A stretch of DNA of 64,000 nt from Gammaproteobacteria bacterium (GTDB lineage: Bacteria > Pseudomonadota > Gammaproteobacteria > CAJXQU01): NCBI GenBank assembly GCA_965238175.1, contig CBDEGZ010000003.1, positions 1,024,001 to 1,088,000 of the forward strand, written 5' to 3'. The notes under the pieces were generated by a model. It saw only the letters and a program-made list of their open reading frames with translations, made no database searches and had not been told where the DNA came from. Of this stretch, positions 1 to 11,820 are shown one piece after another (position 1 is the first letter of the stretch; each line of letters begins with the position of its first letter). The translations under genes were made by a program, and so were the position numbers.

Positions 1-252
1 GAAACAAGACGTTATGGGAAGAGTGGTGGATTGTTAGCAACAAAAACAGCATGTCCAGTTGTTCCTGTAGCACACAATGCAGGGTTATTTTGGCCGAAGA
101 ATAGCTTCTTAAGAAAACCGGGCGTCATTGATATTGTTATTGGCCCAGTTATTGCCTCTGATAACAAAAGTGTTGCTGAAATCACACAAGAAGTTCAGAG
201 CTGGATAGATCCTATGGCTAAACAGCTATTTGATGGATCGTTAGGTGCTTGA
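1..252 (+). CDS. 1-acyl-sn-glycerol-3-phosphate acyltransferase-like protein, C-terminal part (5' end outside window)
   Basis: PVVPVAHNAGLFWP and KPGVIDIVIGPVI are typical of the PlsC-family C-terminus; the frame is open to the window edge. Confidence 0.75.
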   Translation, partial: ETRRYGKSGGLLATKTACPVVPVAHNAGLFWPKNSFLRKPGVIDIVIGPVIASDNKSVAEITQEVQSWIDPMAKQLFDGSLGA

Positions 253-326
253 CGAATGACCTGAAACTAACAGAGAATTACCAGTTGTGCCGATAAGGGT
301 ATTTTCACACATGAGGAAAGACATAA

Positions 327-653
327 ATGAGCGATAACATTATTGCTGTCACCGATGAAAATTTCGAGGACGAAGTCCTTAACAGCGATCGACCAGTATT
401 GGTTGATTATTGGGCAGAGTGGTGTGGTCCTTGTAAAATGATCGCGCCAGTATTGAAAGAAATTGCTGAAGAATATGGTGATAAGATTAAAATCGGTAAA
501 CTCAATATTGATGAAAATCAGAATACACCACCAAAGTATGGTATTCGAGGGATCCCAACTTTGATGATTTTCAAAGACGGTAATGTTGAGGCTCAAAAGG
601 TTGGAGCTGTGTCGAAATCCCAACTTGCTGCTTTTATAGATAGCACTATTTAA
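327..653 (+). CDS. trxA: thioredoxin
   Basis: WCGPC active site, 108 aa, directly upstream of rho. Confidence 0.97.
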   Translation: MSDNIIAVTDENFEDEVLNSDRPVLVDYWAEWCGPCKMIAPVLKEIAEEYGDKIKIGKLNIDENQNTPPKYGIRGIPTLMIFKDGNVEAQKVGAVSKSQLAAFIDSTI

Positions 654-660
654 CGAATTG

Positions 661-693
661 ATCGTCCAGACTCAATTAATGGGGCTGGACGAT
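661..693 (+). terminator. hairpin downstream of trxA
   Basis: ATCGTCCAG...CTGGACGAT inverted repeat; U-tract weak. Confidence 0.45.
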
Positions 694-861
694 TGTATAA
701 AGGGGTGCTATCCTCAGCGCATCAAATAACGAAACCGCCTTCCGGGCTAGTTTCGAAAGAATCCAAATCCAAAACAGAATCAACACATAATCTATAGATC
801 TCTTTTATTTAGAGTTAGATCTACTAAAACTTACCTACATCTACTAAAACATACAAACACT

Positions 862-2118
862 ATGAATCTTACAGAATTGAAAGAAAATCCCGCCGCAGAA
901 TTGATCAAACTTTCGGAATCAATGGGAATTGATAATGTCGCCCGAGCCAGAAAGCAGGATTTGATATTTAATATCCTTAAGGCACAAGCAAAAAAAGGCG
1001 AGGATATTTTCGGTGATGGGGTTTTGGAAATTCTTCAAGATGGTTTTGGATTTTTACGATCGGCAGATTGTTCTTATCTCGCTGGACCGGATGATATTTA
1101 TGTTTCACCTAGTCAAATAAGACGATTTAGTTTACGTACAGGAGATACGATTGCTGGAAAAATCAGGCCTCCAAAGGATGGAGAACGTTATTTTGCATTA
1201 TTAAAGGTTGAAGAGATCAATTTCGAAAAACCGGAAAATGCAAAAAACAAAGTTCTGTTTGAAAACCTTACTCCATTATTTGCCCGAGAAAGACTGACTC
1301 TAGAAATAGGTAATGGCAGCACCGAAGATTTGACTCCCCGAGTTATAGATTTAGTTTCACCGATTGGTAAAGGCCAACGTGGTTTGATCGTATCTCCACC
1401 GAAAGCAGGTAAGACGGTGATGCTGCAAAGTATTGCTCAGTCTATCGCTGCGAATCATCCAGAGTGTTATCTGATCGTATTATTGATCGACGAACGTCCT
1501 GAAGAAGTCACCGAGATGAGTCGTACTGTTAAGGGTGAAGTGGTGGCAAGTACATTTGATGAACCTGCAAGTCGTCATGTTCAAGTGGCAGAAATGGTCA
1601 TCGAAAAAGCCAAGCGTCTTGTCGAGCATAAAAAAGATGTCGTTATCCTGCTCGATTCGATTACTCGTTTAGCACGAGCTTATAACACAGTCGTTCCATC
1701 TTCCGGTAAGGTTCTAACCGGTGGTGTTGATGCAAATGCGCTGCAACGACCAAAACGTTTTTTTGGTGCTGCGCGTAATATTGAAGAGGGCGGTAGTTTA
1801 ACCATTCTGGCAACGGCACTTGTCGATACTGGCTCGCGTATGGATGATGTGATCTTTGAAGAATTCAAAGGAACCGGCAATATGGAAGTTCATCTGGAGC
1901 GTAAGATTGCTGAAAAACGTGTTTATCCTGCCATCAATATTAATCGTTCAGGAACGCGCCGGGATGATTTATTAGTCACGCCCGAAGAGCAACAAAAGAT
2001 CTGGATTCTGCTGAAGCTGATGCACAGTATGGAAGAACTCCCAGCAATGGAATTCTTACTTGAGCGTCTCAAGGCAACTAAGAATAACAATGAGTTCTTC
2101 GATTCGATGAAACGATAG
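862..2118 (+). CDS. rho: transcription termination factor Rho
   Basis: MNLTELK start, DGFGFLR, PPKAGKT Walker A, 418 aa. Confidence 0.99.
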   Translation: MNLTELKENPAAELIKLSESMGIDNVARARKQDLIFNILKAQAKKGEDIFGDGVLEILQDGFGFLRSADCSYLAGPDDIYVSPSQIRRFSLRTGDTIAGKIRPPKDGERYFALLKVEEINFEKPENAKNKVLFENLTPLFARERLTLEIGNGSTEDLTPRVIDLVSPIGKGQRGLIVSPPKAGKTVMLQSIAQSIAANHPECYLIVLLIDERPEEVTEMSRTVKGEVVASTFDEPASRHVQVAEMVIEKAKRLVEHKKDVVILLDSITRLARAYNTVVPSSGKVLTGGVDANALQRPKRFFGAARNIEEGGSLTILATALVDTGSRMDDVIFEEFKGTGNMEVHLERKIAEKRVYPAININRSGTRRDDLLVTPEEQQKIWILLKLMHSMEELPAMEFLLERLKATKNNNEFFDSMKR

Positions 2119-2147
2119 TTATTTATAGAATGGGCTTAGAAGTCAAC

Positions 2148-3712
<1,565 letters not shown>

Positions 3713-4009
3713 GTATTTAGCACATTGTGTGCCTTCTTTAAGATAAAGTTATCAATTTTAGGGTTGCGGATTATACAACATGGCTATATTTCGTCCTAAG
3801 ATCTTAATATGCTAATGATATCTGATAAATGGGTGCTTATTTATATTTACTAAAATGTAACATAATGATAATAGAAAGATTAAGGACATTATGCTTTAAT
3901 TACTACGGGGGGGTTCTTGGAGGTGTCTTCCTGAAGTTAAAAAGGATGATCTGGATGGGTTTATATGCGGATCAAATATAGAAAATATTTCAGAAAAAGG
4001 AAAATATCA

Positions 4010-4753
4010 ATGAAAAAGTTAATCTTATTTTTAGTAGTCGCAGGACTGCTATCAACCGGAATCGCGAAGGCAGATAGTCGAAAGGACCATTGTCGTGATT
4101 TACCAAGTTTCTACGATGTGAGGAATGCTTTGAGAGATGTGGTCGCTAATGACGCGAACGGTTTTAATCTTCAAATGTGGGCAACAGTAGTTGATCGAGA
4201 CGGCATCGTATGTAATGTGAGTCGTTCGGGTGATAAACGTGGTGATCAATGGCCGGGCAGTCGCGTTATTTCTGCGCAAAAAGCCAATACAGCCAATGCA
4301 TTTAGTTTGCCGGGGCTGTCATTATCTACTGCTAATTTATATGTAGCGGTTCAGCCAGGTGGAAGTCTTTTTGGTTTACAACATAGTAATCCTGTAGATA
4401 CCAGAAATGCTTATCGCGGACCTTCAAGAAGATATGGTACTAGAAAAGATCCTTTGGCTGGCCGAAAAATTGGTGGTGTTAATGTTTTTGGTGGTGGTTT
4501 AGCTTTATATGATGAAAATGGGGAGCTCCTTGGTGCTGTCGGTGTTAGCGGTGACAGTTCATGTCGAGATCACATTATTGCATGGAAACTACGAGATGCA
4601 CTTGAGCTTGATAATGTTCCGACGGGTGTTAGTCCAACGGGAGATGATAATTTGATTCCGGATGTGACTAATGGGTTCGGTCATCCAATTTGTGGAAATG
4701 GTGAAGAGGGTCCAATTAATGCTCTTCCTACTTCGCACCCAATCGGTTCGTAA
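4010..4753 (+). CDS. secreted GlcG/HbpS-family (putative heme-binding) protein
   Basis: Signal peptide from ATG 4010; SAQKANTA and GGGLAL...GAVGVSG motifs. Confidence 0.8.
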   Translation: MKKLILFLVVAGLLSTGIAKADSRKDHCRDLPSFYDVRNALRDVVANDANGFNLQMWATVVDRDGIVCNVSRSGDKRGDQWPGSRVISAQKANTANAFSLPGLSLSTANLYVAVQPGGSLFGLQHSNPVDTRNAYRGPSRRYGTRKDPLAGRKIGGVNVFGGGLALYDENGELLGAVGVSGDSSCRDHIIAWKLRDALELDNVPTGVSPTGDDNLIPDVTNGFGHPICGNGEEGPINALPTSHPIGS

Positions 4754-4772
4754 CCGAATTTGAGAGTAGTTT

Positions 4773-4807
4773 GTAAAGCCAGAGTAGGTTATCTACTCTG
4801 GCTTTAC
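4773..4807. terminator. bidirectional hairpin between convergent genes
   Basis: GTAAAGCCAGAGTAG-gttat-CTACTCTGGCTTTAC perfect 15-bp stem. Confidence 0.75.
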
Positions 4808-5175
4808 GTCTTAATGTCGTCATCTTTGCACCAGGGTGGGCTGACTATCACAATAAATTCCAGGTCAATCTCGCCAGTGTTTTCCAGCCATTGTTCTTTA
4901 TAACGTGAAACGATAGCCGTACTCCCTTTTATCAAATTAGTTGTTTCAGATCCAACATACAAGCGCCCCTTACCTTCCAGAATAAAGTAAACTTCAGTTT
5001 GTTTAAGATAATGGTGGTAGGTGCTTTCCCCAGCAGAAACGGTCGCTATGGAGAAAGAATAGGGTAGTTCGACAGGATCATTTTTGGGGTGCAATAACTC
5101 CTTCAAATAACAACCGTCATTAGCGATAATCTTCTCACAGTCGTTTAGATGTTTTGTAAATAATTTAGTAACCAT
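4804..5175 (-). CDS. cupin-domain protein
   Basis: HHY...EVYFILEGKG and N-TG--DLEF---SPPW cupin motifs. Confidence 0.85.
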   Translation of the reverse strand: MVTKLFTKHLNDCEKIIANDGCYLKELLHPKNDPVELPYSFSIATVSAGESTYHHYLKQTEVYFILEGKGRLYVGSETTNLIKGSTAIVSRYKEQWLENTGEIDLEFIVIVSPPWCKDDDIKT

Positions 5176-5200
5176 ATGTTATCCCAACCTGAAGAGTGTT

Positions 5201-6163
5201 ATGACAGCGAATAAAACAGTCGTTTTACTGACGAATCTCGGTACGCCAGATGCACCTACAATCAAAGCAGTCAGAAGGTATCTGGCTGAATTTTTATCTG
5301 ATCGTCGGGTGATTAAAACGTCACCATTTATTTGGCTGCCTATATTATATGGAATTATTTTACCAACAAGGCCTAAAAACTCCGCTGAGGCTTATCAAAA
5401 AATCTGGACTGAGGAAGGCTCGCCTTTATTGACGATTACACTCGAACAAGCACAGGCATTGGATCAACGATTGGGTCAGGAAGTAACTGTCCTCCCTGCA
5501 ATGCGTTATGGAAATCCTTCGATCAAATCTGTACTTGATAAGGTTAAGAATCAGGTAGAAAAACTGATTGTTTTGCCTATGTATCCACAATATTCAACAA
5601 CAACGACGCTTTCTACTTTTGATGCGATAGAAAATGCATTGAAAGGTTGGGAAAACAAGCCGCAAATAGAAAACGTCAATGATTATCATAACAACCCAGA
5701 GTACATTGGGGCATTAGTTAATTCGGTCATAAATTTCCGCAAACAAAATGGGCCGAGTGAGTTGTTGCTTTTTTCTTTCCACGGATTACCTAAGGAATAT
5801 ATTGGTGATGATGAACCTTACCTGGATCATTGCAGGGAAACGACACGCTTAGTGGTAGAAAAATTGAAATTAGATCAGGATGAGTGGCAGTTAAGTTTTC
5901 ACTCGCGAGTCGGGCCAAAAGAATGGTTGCAGCCCTACACGGATGAAACAGTAAAAGCGTTGGGTAAGAATGGTTTAAAAAAGCTTGATGTAATCTGCCC
6001 AGGTTTTTCCGCTGATTGTCTGGAGACGTTGGAAGAAATCGCGATGGAAAATTTGGAGTTCTTTACTGAGAGTGGTGGAGAAAAATTACGATATATTCCA
6101 GCACTGAATGCCAGTGCTGATCATATCGAGGCACTGGCAAAAATTGTTGAAGGCAAGCTCTAA
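5201..6163 (+). CDS. hemH: ferrochelatase
   Basis: NLGTP, PMYPQYS, FSFHGLP, WLQPYT, DCLETLEEI. Confidence 0.97.
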   Translation: MTANKTVVLLTNLGTPDAPTIKAVRRYLAEFLSDRRVIKTSPFIWLPILYGIILPTRPKNSAEAYQKIWTEEGSPLLTITLEQAQALDQRLGQEVTVLPAMRYGNPSIKSVLDKVKNQVEKLIVLPMYPQYSTTTTLSTFDAIENALKGWENKPQIENVNDYHNNPEYIGALVNSVINFRKQNGPSELLLFSFHGLPKEYIGDDEPYLDHCRETTRLVVEKLKLDQDEWQLSFHSRVGPKEWLQPYTDETVKALGKNGLKKLDVICPGFSADCLETLEEIAMENLEFFTESGGEKLRYIPALNASADHIEALAKIVEGKL

Positions 6164-6198
6164 GTTATATCTAACTTAGCTAGTTTTAATAAAAAAGT

Positions 6199-6813
6199 CT
6201 ATGAAGATGATTCAGCACGTGATTCTAATTTTTTAATTAAATCGTCGAGACTTTTCCTTTTGATCTCATCTTTAAACGTTTTACGATAGGTTGAGACCAG
6301 ACTCACGTTATCAATAGAGACGTCATAAACCTTCCAGACATCACCGGCTTGATATAGACGGAAACTAAGCGGAATTATTTTACTGCCATTTTTTCTGTCG
6401 ACTTCAGCATTGACGATAACTTTCTTTTTGTTTGTAGAAGTACGAACCGGCAGATAATTGATTTCAACATCTTTCGAGGCTACTAGCGCTTTCGAATATG
6501 TAATGATCAATAATTTTTGGAACGCATTAGTAAAACGTTCTTGTTGATCAAGCGAAGCAGCTCCCCAGTTTTTTTTGCCTAATATCCAGCGTGACATTTT
6601 GGGAAAATCAAAATTGGGCGTGATCAACTCATTGATGACATTTTTAACGGCTTGAGGATCTGCCTCAATATCGCCTGATCCATTTTTTAATCGCTCAATC
6701 ACTTGTTCAGAAGTGTTTTTTACAACTTCTAATGCGGTTGTTTCAGCATAGACAGAAGCCGTAAACAACAAGAAACTAAGAGCTGCAAATATTGATTTAT
6801 TTATACTTTTCAT
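6199..6813 (-). CDS. mlaC: MlaC/Ttg2D phospholipid-binding periplasmic protein
   Basis: Signal peptide; FDF-KMSR-ILG and WKVYDV-IDNVSLV-TYR motifs. Confidence 0.85.
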   Translation of the reverse strand: MKSINKSIFAALSFLLFTASVYAETTALEVVKNTSEQVIERLKNGSGDIEADPQAVKNVINELITPNFDFPKMSRWILGKKNWGAASLDQQERFTNAFQKLLIITYSKALVASKDVEINYLPVRTSTNKKKVIVNAEVDRKNGSKIIPLSFRLYQAGDVWKVYDVSIDNVSLVSTYRKTFKDEIKRKSLDDLIKKLESRAESSS

Positions 6814-7156
6814 AATGAGTCTATTTTTATTATAAGTTGAGTTATTTATGGCCTATTTTGTTGATAACGTTTAATCGGCGAGCATTCTACTCTCCTATCA
6901 GCGTTATAACTATGGTTCTTTTGTACTAATTATATCAATGTTCCTATATATAAATTCTTGTATCTGAGGAGTTAAAAAGCTATTTGTTAGCACAGTTCTT
7001 ACATGTGGGTATATCATCCCGGTCTTCCATTATCTCATTGGTGATTTCATGAGTGCTCAGCCCCTGGTCAATGCCTCTATAGTTCGTTGGACAGTCATTT
7101 CACTAAGAATACTCAATGAATTTTAATATTCACATAATAAACAATGGCTTAACAGA

Positions 7157-7942
7157 TTAAAAAAACATCTTTAAACCTATAAGTGCAAGGAAAATAGCAA
7201 AAGTACGCTTCAAGGTGAGTATCGGTAATCGGTATGCAAGTTTTGCTCCAATTGGAGCAAAAAACACACTGGTTGAAATAATACAAATAGCTGCGGGTAA
7301 ATAAATATAACCGAGGCTCAATTCTGGTAGGCTCGGGTTGTCTAAACCGGTGAACAAAAATCCAATGGCTCCAGATACGGCGATAGGTAACCCACATACG
7401 GCAGATGTTCCAACCGCTTTTTTCATTGACACATTGTTCCAGAGTAAAAATGGGACGGTCAGCGAGCCACCACCAATTCCCATGACTGATGAAACCGTGC
7501 CGATAATTCCTCCTGATGCGGTCAGGCCAACTAAGCCAGGAAGTGTTCTATGGGCTGCTGGTTTAAAGCCGAAACCAATTTGCAAGGCGATGAAAATCTC
7601 GAATAGTCCAAAGCCTTGTTTGAGAACATCTGTTGTCAACATGTCAGCGATACCAGCACCCAGTAAAGCACCTACTAAAATACCGGGTGCTAATGATATG
7701 AAAGTTGGGACGTTTACATTTCCTAAACGATAGTGTGAAAGTCCCGAAGAAATGGAAGTAAAGACGATGGTTGCAAGCGATGTGCCGATAGCAAGCTGCA
7801 TGGTTGAATCAGGTGCCAGCCCTTGCGCATGAAAAATAGCAAATAGGATCGGTACAATGATCGCGCCGCCGCCAAGGCCTAATAATCCAGCCGTTATACC
7901 AGCAATAGTACCCGTCAGAATATAAGCAAACAAAATTAACAT
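7157..7942 (-). CDS. TauE/SafE-family sulfite exporter
   Basis: Duplicated GLGGG-IIVP / GIGGG--TVP and AIGTS motifs; multi-pass membrane protein. Confidence 0.88.
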   Translation of the reverse strand: MLILFAYILTGTIAGITAGLLGLGGGAIIVPILFAIFHAQGLAPDSTMQLAIGTSLATIVFTSISSGLSHYRLGNVNVPTFISLAPGILVGALLGAGIADMLTTDVLKQGFGLFEIFIALQIGFGFKPAAHRTLPGLVGLTASGGIIGTVSSVMGIGGGSLTVPFLLWNNVSMKKAVGTSAVCGLPIAVSGAIGFLFTGLDNPSLPELSLGYIYLPAAICIISTSVFFAPIGAKLAYRLPILTLKRTFAIFLALIGLKMFF

Positions 7943-8000
7943 TTGTGTATTGTACCAGTGTGTCCTAGTGGTGAATCAGGAAATGATCTAAGATCTACTG

Positions 8001-9950
8001 ATGAGATTTATAGCCAAAAGAAGCAAAGAAATCCTGTTTTGTTGGCTGTTGACCCTTTCCTTATTGACAAGTGCGACTGATAGAGAGGAACAACGGGTTC
8101 GTTTCAAAGAAGCTTACGATCTCATTCAATCTCAAAAAGAGTATGATCTGGTGAACCTTTCTAAAGGTTTAAAAGGTTATCCACTTTACCCATACCTGCA
8201 ATTTGCACATCTTTATGCTGATGTTGCACATAGATCGGTTATTGAAATGGATCAATTCCTTGCAGAAAATTCAGGAACGCCATTGGCAAAACGACTTTGC
8301 AAGCGATGGTTATATTCTTTAGCGCGTAGAAAACAATGGGATACTTTTTTAAAACGCTACAAAGCTAATCAAGCTGAAAATATTTTGCGATGCTATCAAC
8401 TGCAAGCAAGAATCAATACCGCTGAAGTTAATCCCAAGTTGCTAGAAGATATTAAAAGTATGTGGTTGGTTGGAAAATCACAAGCTGATGAATGTGATCC
8501 TGCTTTTAAGGTTTTGTATGGCAGTAAAGTAATGACGACGGATTTGATCTGGCAGCGGATCAGACTAGCGATGAAAAATAATAATCCGCGACTGACAAAA
8601 CATTTATCAAAACGATTAAACGAAAAAGATCAGAAAATAGTTCAACGATGGCGTGCAATGGCTTCTGATCCCAATCATAATCTGTTACAAGCTGAGCTGA
8701 AAAAGGATACTTCTTTAAATCGGGAAATTATTTTATATGGATTAATAAAGCTGGCAAATATTGATACGCTAAAAGCTTACACAATTTGGAATAAAGTAAT
8801 TGATCAATATAAATTCAGTTCGTATGAAAAAAATTCCATAGAGAGGGAGATGGCCTTTACGGCCGTTCAGCAAGATCTTCTGCGTGCCGGCAAGTGGCTA
8901 GATAAACTGCAAACCAAACAGTCAGATGAATATATTCAACGATATTTGATCCGCTACGCAACAAGGAATCAGGATTGGGAGAAATTAAGAAAGTGGACGA
9001 AAAAACCCCCCGCTGCAGAATTTAATAAACTCCGATGGCAATATTGGAGAGCACGAGCCCTAGAAGAAACAGGATCAAAAAAAGCTGCAAACTTGATCTA
9101 CAAACACTTAGCGAACAACCGTGATTATTATGGATTCCTTTCAGCAGAAAGAGCCGGTCTGGATTATCGTTTTCATGATAAGCGATTGCCGTTAACTGAT
9201 GCTCAACGAACAAAGTTATTGATGCGACCAGCGTTTGCAAGAGCTGAAGAATTATATAAGTTAGAAATGTTCGAAGATGCACGACGTGAATGGCAATATG
9301 GTATTCGAAAAATGAATCGTGCTCAGTTACAACAAGTGGCAGTTCTTGCCAATGAATGGGGCTGGTATGATCGAACCATACTCACTTTAGGCAAAGCGAA
9401 AGCATATGACGATCTATTGCGTCGTTTTCCTTTGCCGTATAACAAACTGATAAGAAGTTACGCACAAAAAAGAGCATTGCCCATATCGACTATCTACACG
9501 CTAATGCGGTCAGAAAGTGCTTTTATTCATGATGTGCGATCACACGCAGGTGCCTTAGGATTAATGCAAGTCATGCCAGCTACAGGTAAGCAAACGGCGA
9601 AAAAGATTGGCTATAAATATAAAAATTCCCGACAACTTTATGATCCAAAAACTAATATTGCGATAGGCACTGCCTACCTAAAAGAAATGCTTGAACGTTA
9701 TGATGGTAATTTGATCATGGCTGCAGCTGCTTATAATGCCGGGCCACATCGAGTCAAACGTTGGCGTCCTGATCAAGGTTGTATGCCCGGTGAATTCTGG
9801 GCGGAGACTATTCCATTTACAGAAACACGTCGTTATGTACGCCGCGCATTATTTTACTCTGTGTTGTATCAGTGGCGTTTAAAAGAAAAAATTAAATCAG
9901 TACAGTCACAACTGAAATCCGTTCCTGCATTAAAGACAAGTTGTTCTTAG
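8001..9950 (+). CDS. slt: soluble lytic murein transglycosylase (Slt70-like)
   Basis: RSES catalytic Glu, GALGLMQVMPAT, AAYNAGP, IPFTETRRYV. Confidence 0.92.
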   Translation: MRFIAKRSKEILFCWLLTLSLLTSATDREEQRVRFKEAYDLIQSQKEYDLVNLSKGLKGYPLYPYLQFAHLYADVAHRSVIEMDQFLAENSGTPLAKRLCKRWLYSLARRKQWDTFLKRYKANQAENILRCYQLQARINTAEVNPKLLEDIKSMWLVGKSQADECDPAFKVLYGSKVMTTDLIWQRIRLAMKNNNPRLTKHLSKRLNEKDQKIVQRWRAMASDPNHNLLQAELKKDTSLNREIILYGLIKLANIDTLKAYTIWNKVIDQYKFSSYEKNSIEREMAFTAVQQDLLRAGKWLDKLQTKQSDEYIQRYLIRYATRNQDWEKLRKWTKKPPAAEFNKLRWQYWRARALEETGSKKAANLIYKHLANNRDYYGFLSAERAGLDYRFHDKRLPLTDAQRTKLLMRPAFARAEELYKLEMFEDARREWQYGIRKMNRAQLQQVAVLANEWGWYDRTILTLGKAKAYDDLLRRFPLPYNKLIRSYAQKRALPISTIYTLMRSESAFIHDVRSHAGALGLMQVMPATGKQTAKKIGYKYKNSRQLYDPKTNIAIGTAYLKEMLERYDGNLIMAAAAYNAGPHRVKRWRPDQGCMPGEFWAETIPFTETRRYVRRALFYSVLYQWRLKEKIKSVQSQLKSVPALKTSCS

Positions 9951-9979
9951 CGAGACCTCAGCATTAAGTTGTTCAAGAT

Positions 9980-10120
9980 GAGACCTTTGCACGAAAGTTA
10001 TTTTTGTTTCCACGTGGCGTTAAAAACATGCTCAATCGGTCATTTATAATGTATAAACTCCCTCTCTGCACGTATTTTTGCTTTGCTTGGAAAGAAAATA
10101 TTCTTCCGTGCAAAGGCCTC
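9980..10120. repeat. MITE-like palindromic element, family A copy 1
   Basis: Terminal IR GAGACCTTTGCACG...CGTGCAAAGGCCTC; homologous in reverse orientation to 19377-19517. Confidence 0.75.
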
Positions 10121-10139
10121 ATAGTATTAAAATAACCTG

Positions 10140-11360
10140 ATGCAAATCTACAAAGTCGGCGGTGCGGTTCGCGATAAACTTCTAAACATTCCAGTTAAAG
10201 ATGTTGACTGGGTAGTCGTTGACGCCTTGCCTGGAGAACTCATTGATCAGAACTACAAACAAGTGGGAAAAGATTTTCCGGTATTTCTGCATCCCAACAC
10301 ACATGAAGAATATGCACTAGCAAGAAAAGAAAGAAAAGTCGCCGCAGGATATACCGGCTTTGAATTTGATACCTCAAGAAGTGTGACATTAGAAGAAGAT
10401 CTAGAGCGTCGTGATCTGACCATTAATGCGATGGCTGAGGATGAGCAAGGAAAGATCATTGATCCCTATAATGGCAAAGCAGATCTGGAACAAGGTACCT
10501 TAAGACACATATCAGCGGCATTTTCTGAAGATCCTGTTCGGATCCTCCGCGTTGCTCGTTTTGCAGCAAGGTTTAATTTCATCGTTGCAGAAGAGACGAA
10601 TGATTTAATGAAAGAAATGGTCAGCTCCGGTGAAGTCGATGCTTTGGTTGCGGAACGCGTTTGGGCAGAATTGGAACGTGCTTTAGGAGAACAACATCCA
10701 GAGTTGTTTTTTGCAGTTCTCAGATCATGTGGCGCATTAGAAGTTATCTTCCCGGAAATTGATCGTCTTTTTGGTGTTCCACAAACGGCGAAATACCATC
10801 CCGAGATAGATACCGGCATTCATGTAATGATGGTGCTGCAACAAGCGGTCAAACTCAGTCAAGGAAAATCAGACAATAAAGTGATCAGGTTTGCAGCCTT
10901 AGTTCATGATCTCGGAAAAGGCACAACACCAACAGATATACTCCCCAGTCATCATGGTCATGAAGAACGCGGCGTGGAATTGATCAAACAACTTTGCAAG
11001 CGGATAAAAGTCCCAAATGAATATCGTGATCTTGGGATATTAAATGCGCAGTTCCATACCCACTGCCACCGAATAAGAGAAATGAAAGCAACGACCATTT
11101 TAAAGACCTTAGAAAAGATGGATGCATTCCGAAAACCGGAAAGGTTTGATCAATTTTTGATCTGTTGTGAAGCCGATGCAAAAGGCCGAACCGGCAAAGA
11201 AAATGATCAATATCCACAAGCCGAATATTTTAAAGCTATGCAACTCGCTGCATCTTCTATAGATACAAAATCTATTATTAAAGAAGGAATGCAAGGAGAA
11301 CAGATTGCTCAAGTGTTGAGAGAAAAACGGTTGCAAGCAATTAAATGTTTGATGATCTAG
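10140..11360 (+). CDS. cca: multifunctional CCA tRNA nucleotidyltransferase with HD domain
   Basis: VGGAVRD, DVD, RRDLTINA, EDPVRILR, HDLGK. Confidence 0.97.
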   Translation: MQIYKVGGAVRDKLLNIPVKDVDWVVVDALPGELIDQNYKQVGKDFPVFLHPNTHEEYALARKERKVAAGYTGFEFDTSRSVTLEEDLERRDLTINAMAEDEQGKIIDPYNGKADLEQGTLRHISAAFSEDPVRILRVARFAARFNFIVAEETNDLMKEMVSSGEVDALVAERVWAELERALGEQHPELFFAVLRSCGALEVIFPEIDRLFGVPQTAKYHPEIDTGIHVMMVLQQAVKLSQGKSDNKVIRFAALVHDLGKGTTPTDILPSHHGHEERGVELIKQLCKRIKVPNEYRDLGILNAQFHTHCHRIREMKATTILKTLEKMDAFRKPERFDQFLICCEADAKGRTGKENDQYPQAEYFKAMQLAASSIDTKSIIKEGMQGEQIAQVLREKRLQAIKCLMI

Positions 11361-11612
11361 CTTGCTATTGCTACGTAACTCCGCCTTAACCAGTAGTCTT
11401 TTCTGCCTTTGTAAGGTTCTGGTATTAGTATTAGCGACGCAGAAGTGTTGGCCATTTTCTTTCAACTCCAATAGGAATAATAATCCACCTGACTAATATG
11501 TTGGTTTGTCTGAAAGATCACAGATGGAGGCGAAAACTCAACGGAGTTTTTATGCTGTTACCGGAGATATGAAGATCCTGATATTTGATGCTACCTTTTC
11601 AGGGTTTTGAAG
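11349..11612 (-). pseudogene. degenerate partial copy of the 14027-15307 gene
   Basis: Reads LELKENGQHFCVANTNTRT versus LELKENGRHFRVAHTNART; DNA collinear with ~14135-14395, with stops and frameshifts. Confidence 0.8.
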
Positions 11613-11820
11613 CGAGGTGGGTCAGGAATAATCCGCGACATGGTGCTGTAGAGTCCATTTTGAAGCCGGTTTTTTGGATTCAGGGAAGTGGATTATAATA
11701 CATCAAATCTTAGTAACAGGGTGAGTTCGACATATAGCACTCTACCGACTGTAGGGAAAGGTAGCTGCGATTTACAATATTCTAGAGAACTTTTGTTTAG
11801 AAGATCCCAAAGGAGAAATA

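Noticed and set aside
10005-10022. parS-like TTCCACGTGG
   Set aside because: The right arm does not complete the 16-bp palindrome; it lies in a MITE and is not conserved in the second copy.
11109-11471. 120-aa minus-strand ORF as a real gene
   Set aside because: Only the first ~20 codons come from the pseudogene; the rest is antisense to cca.
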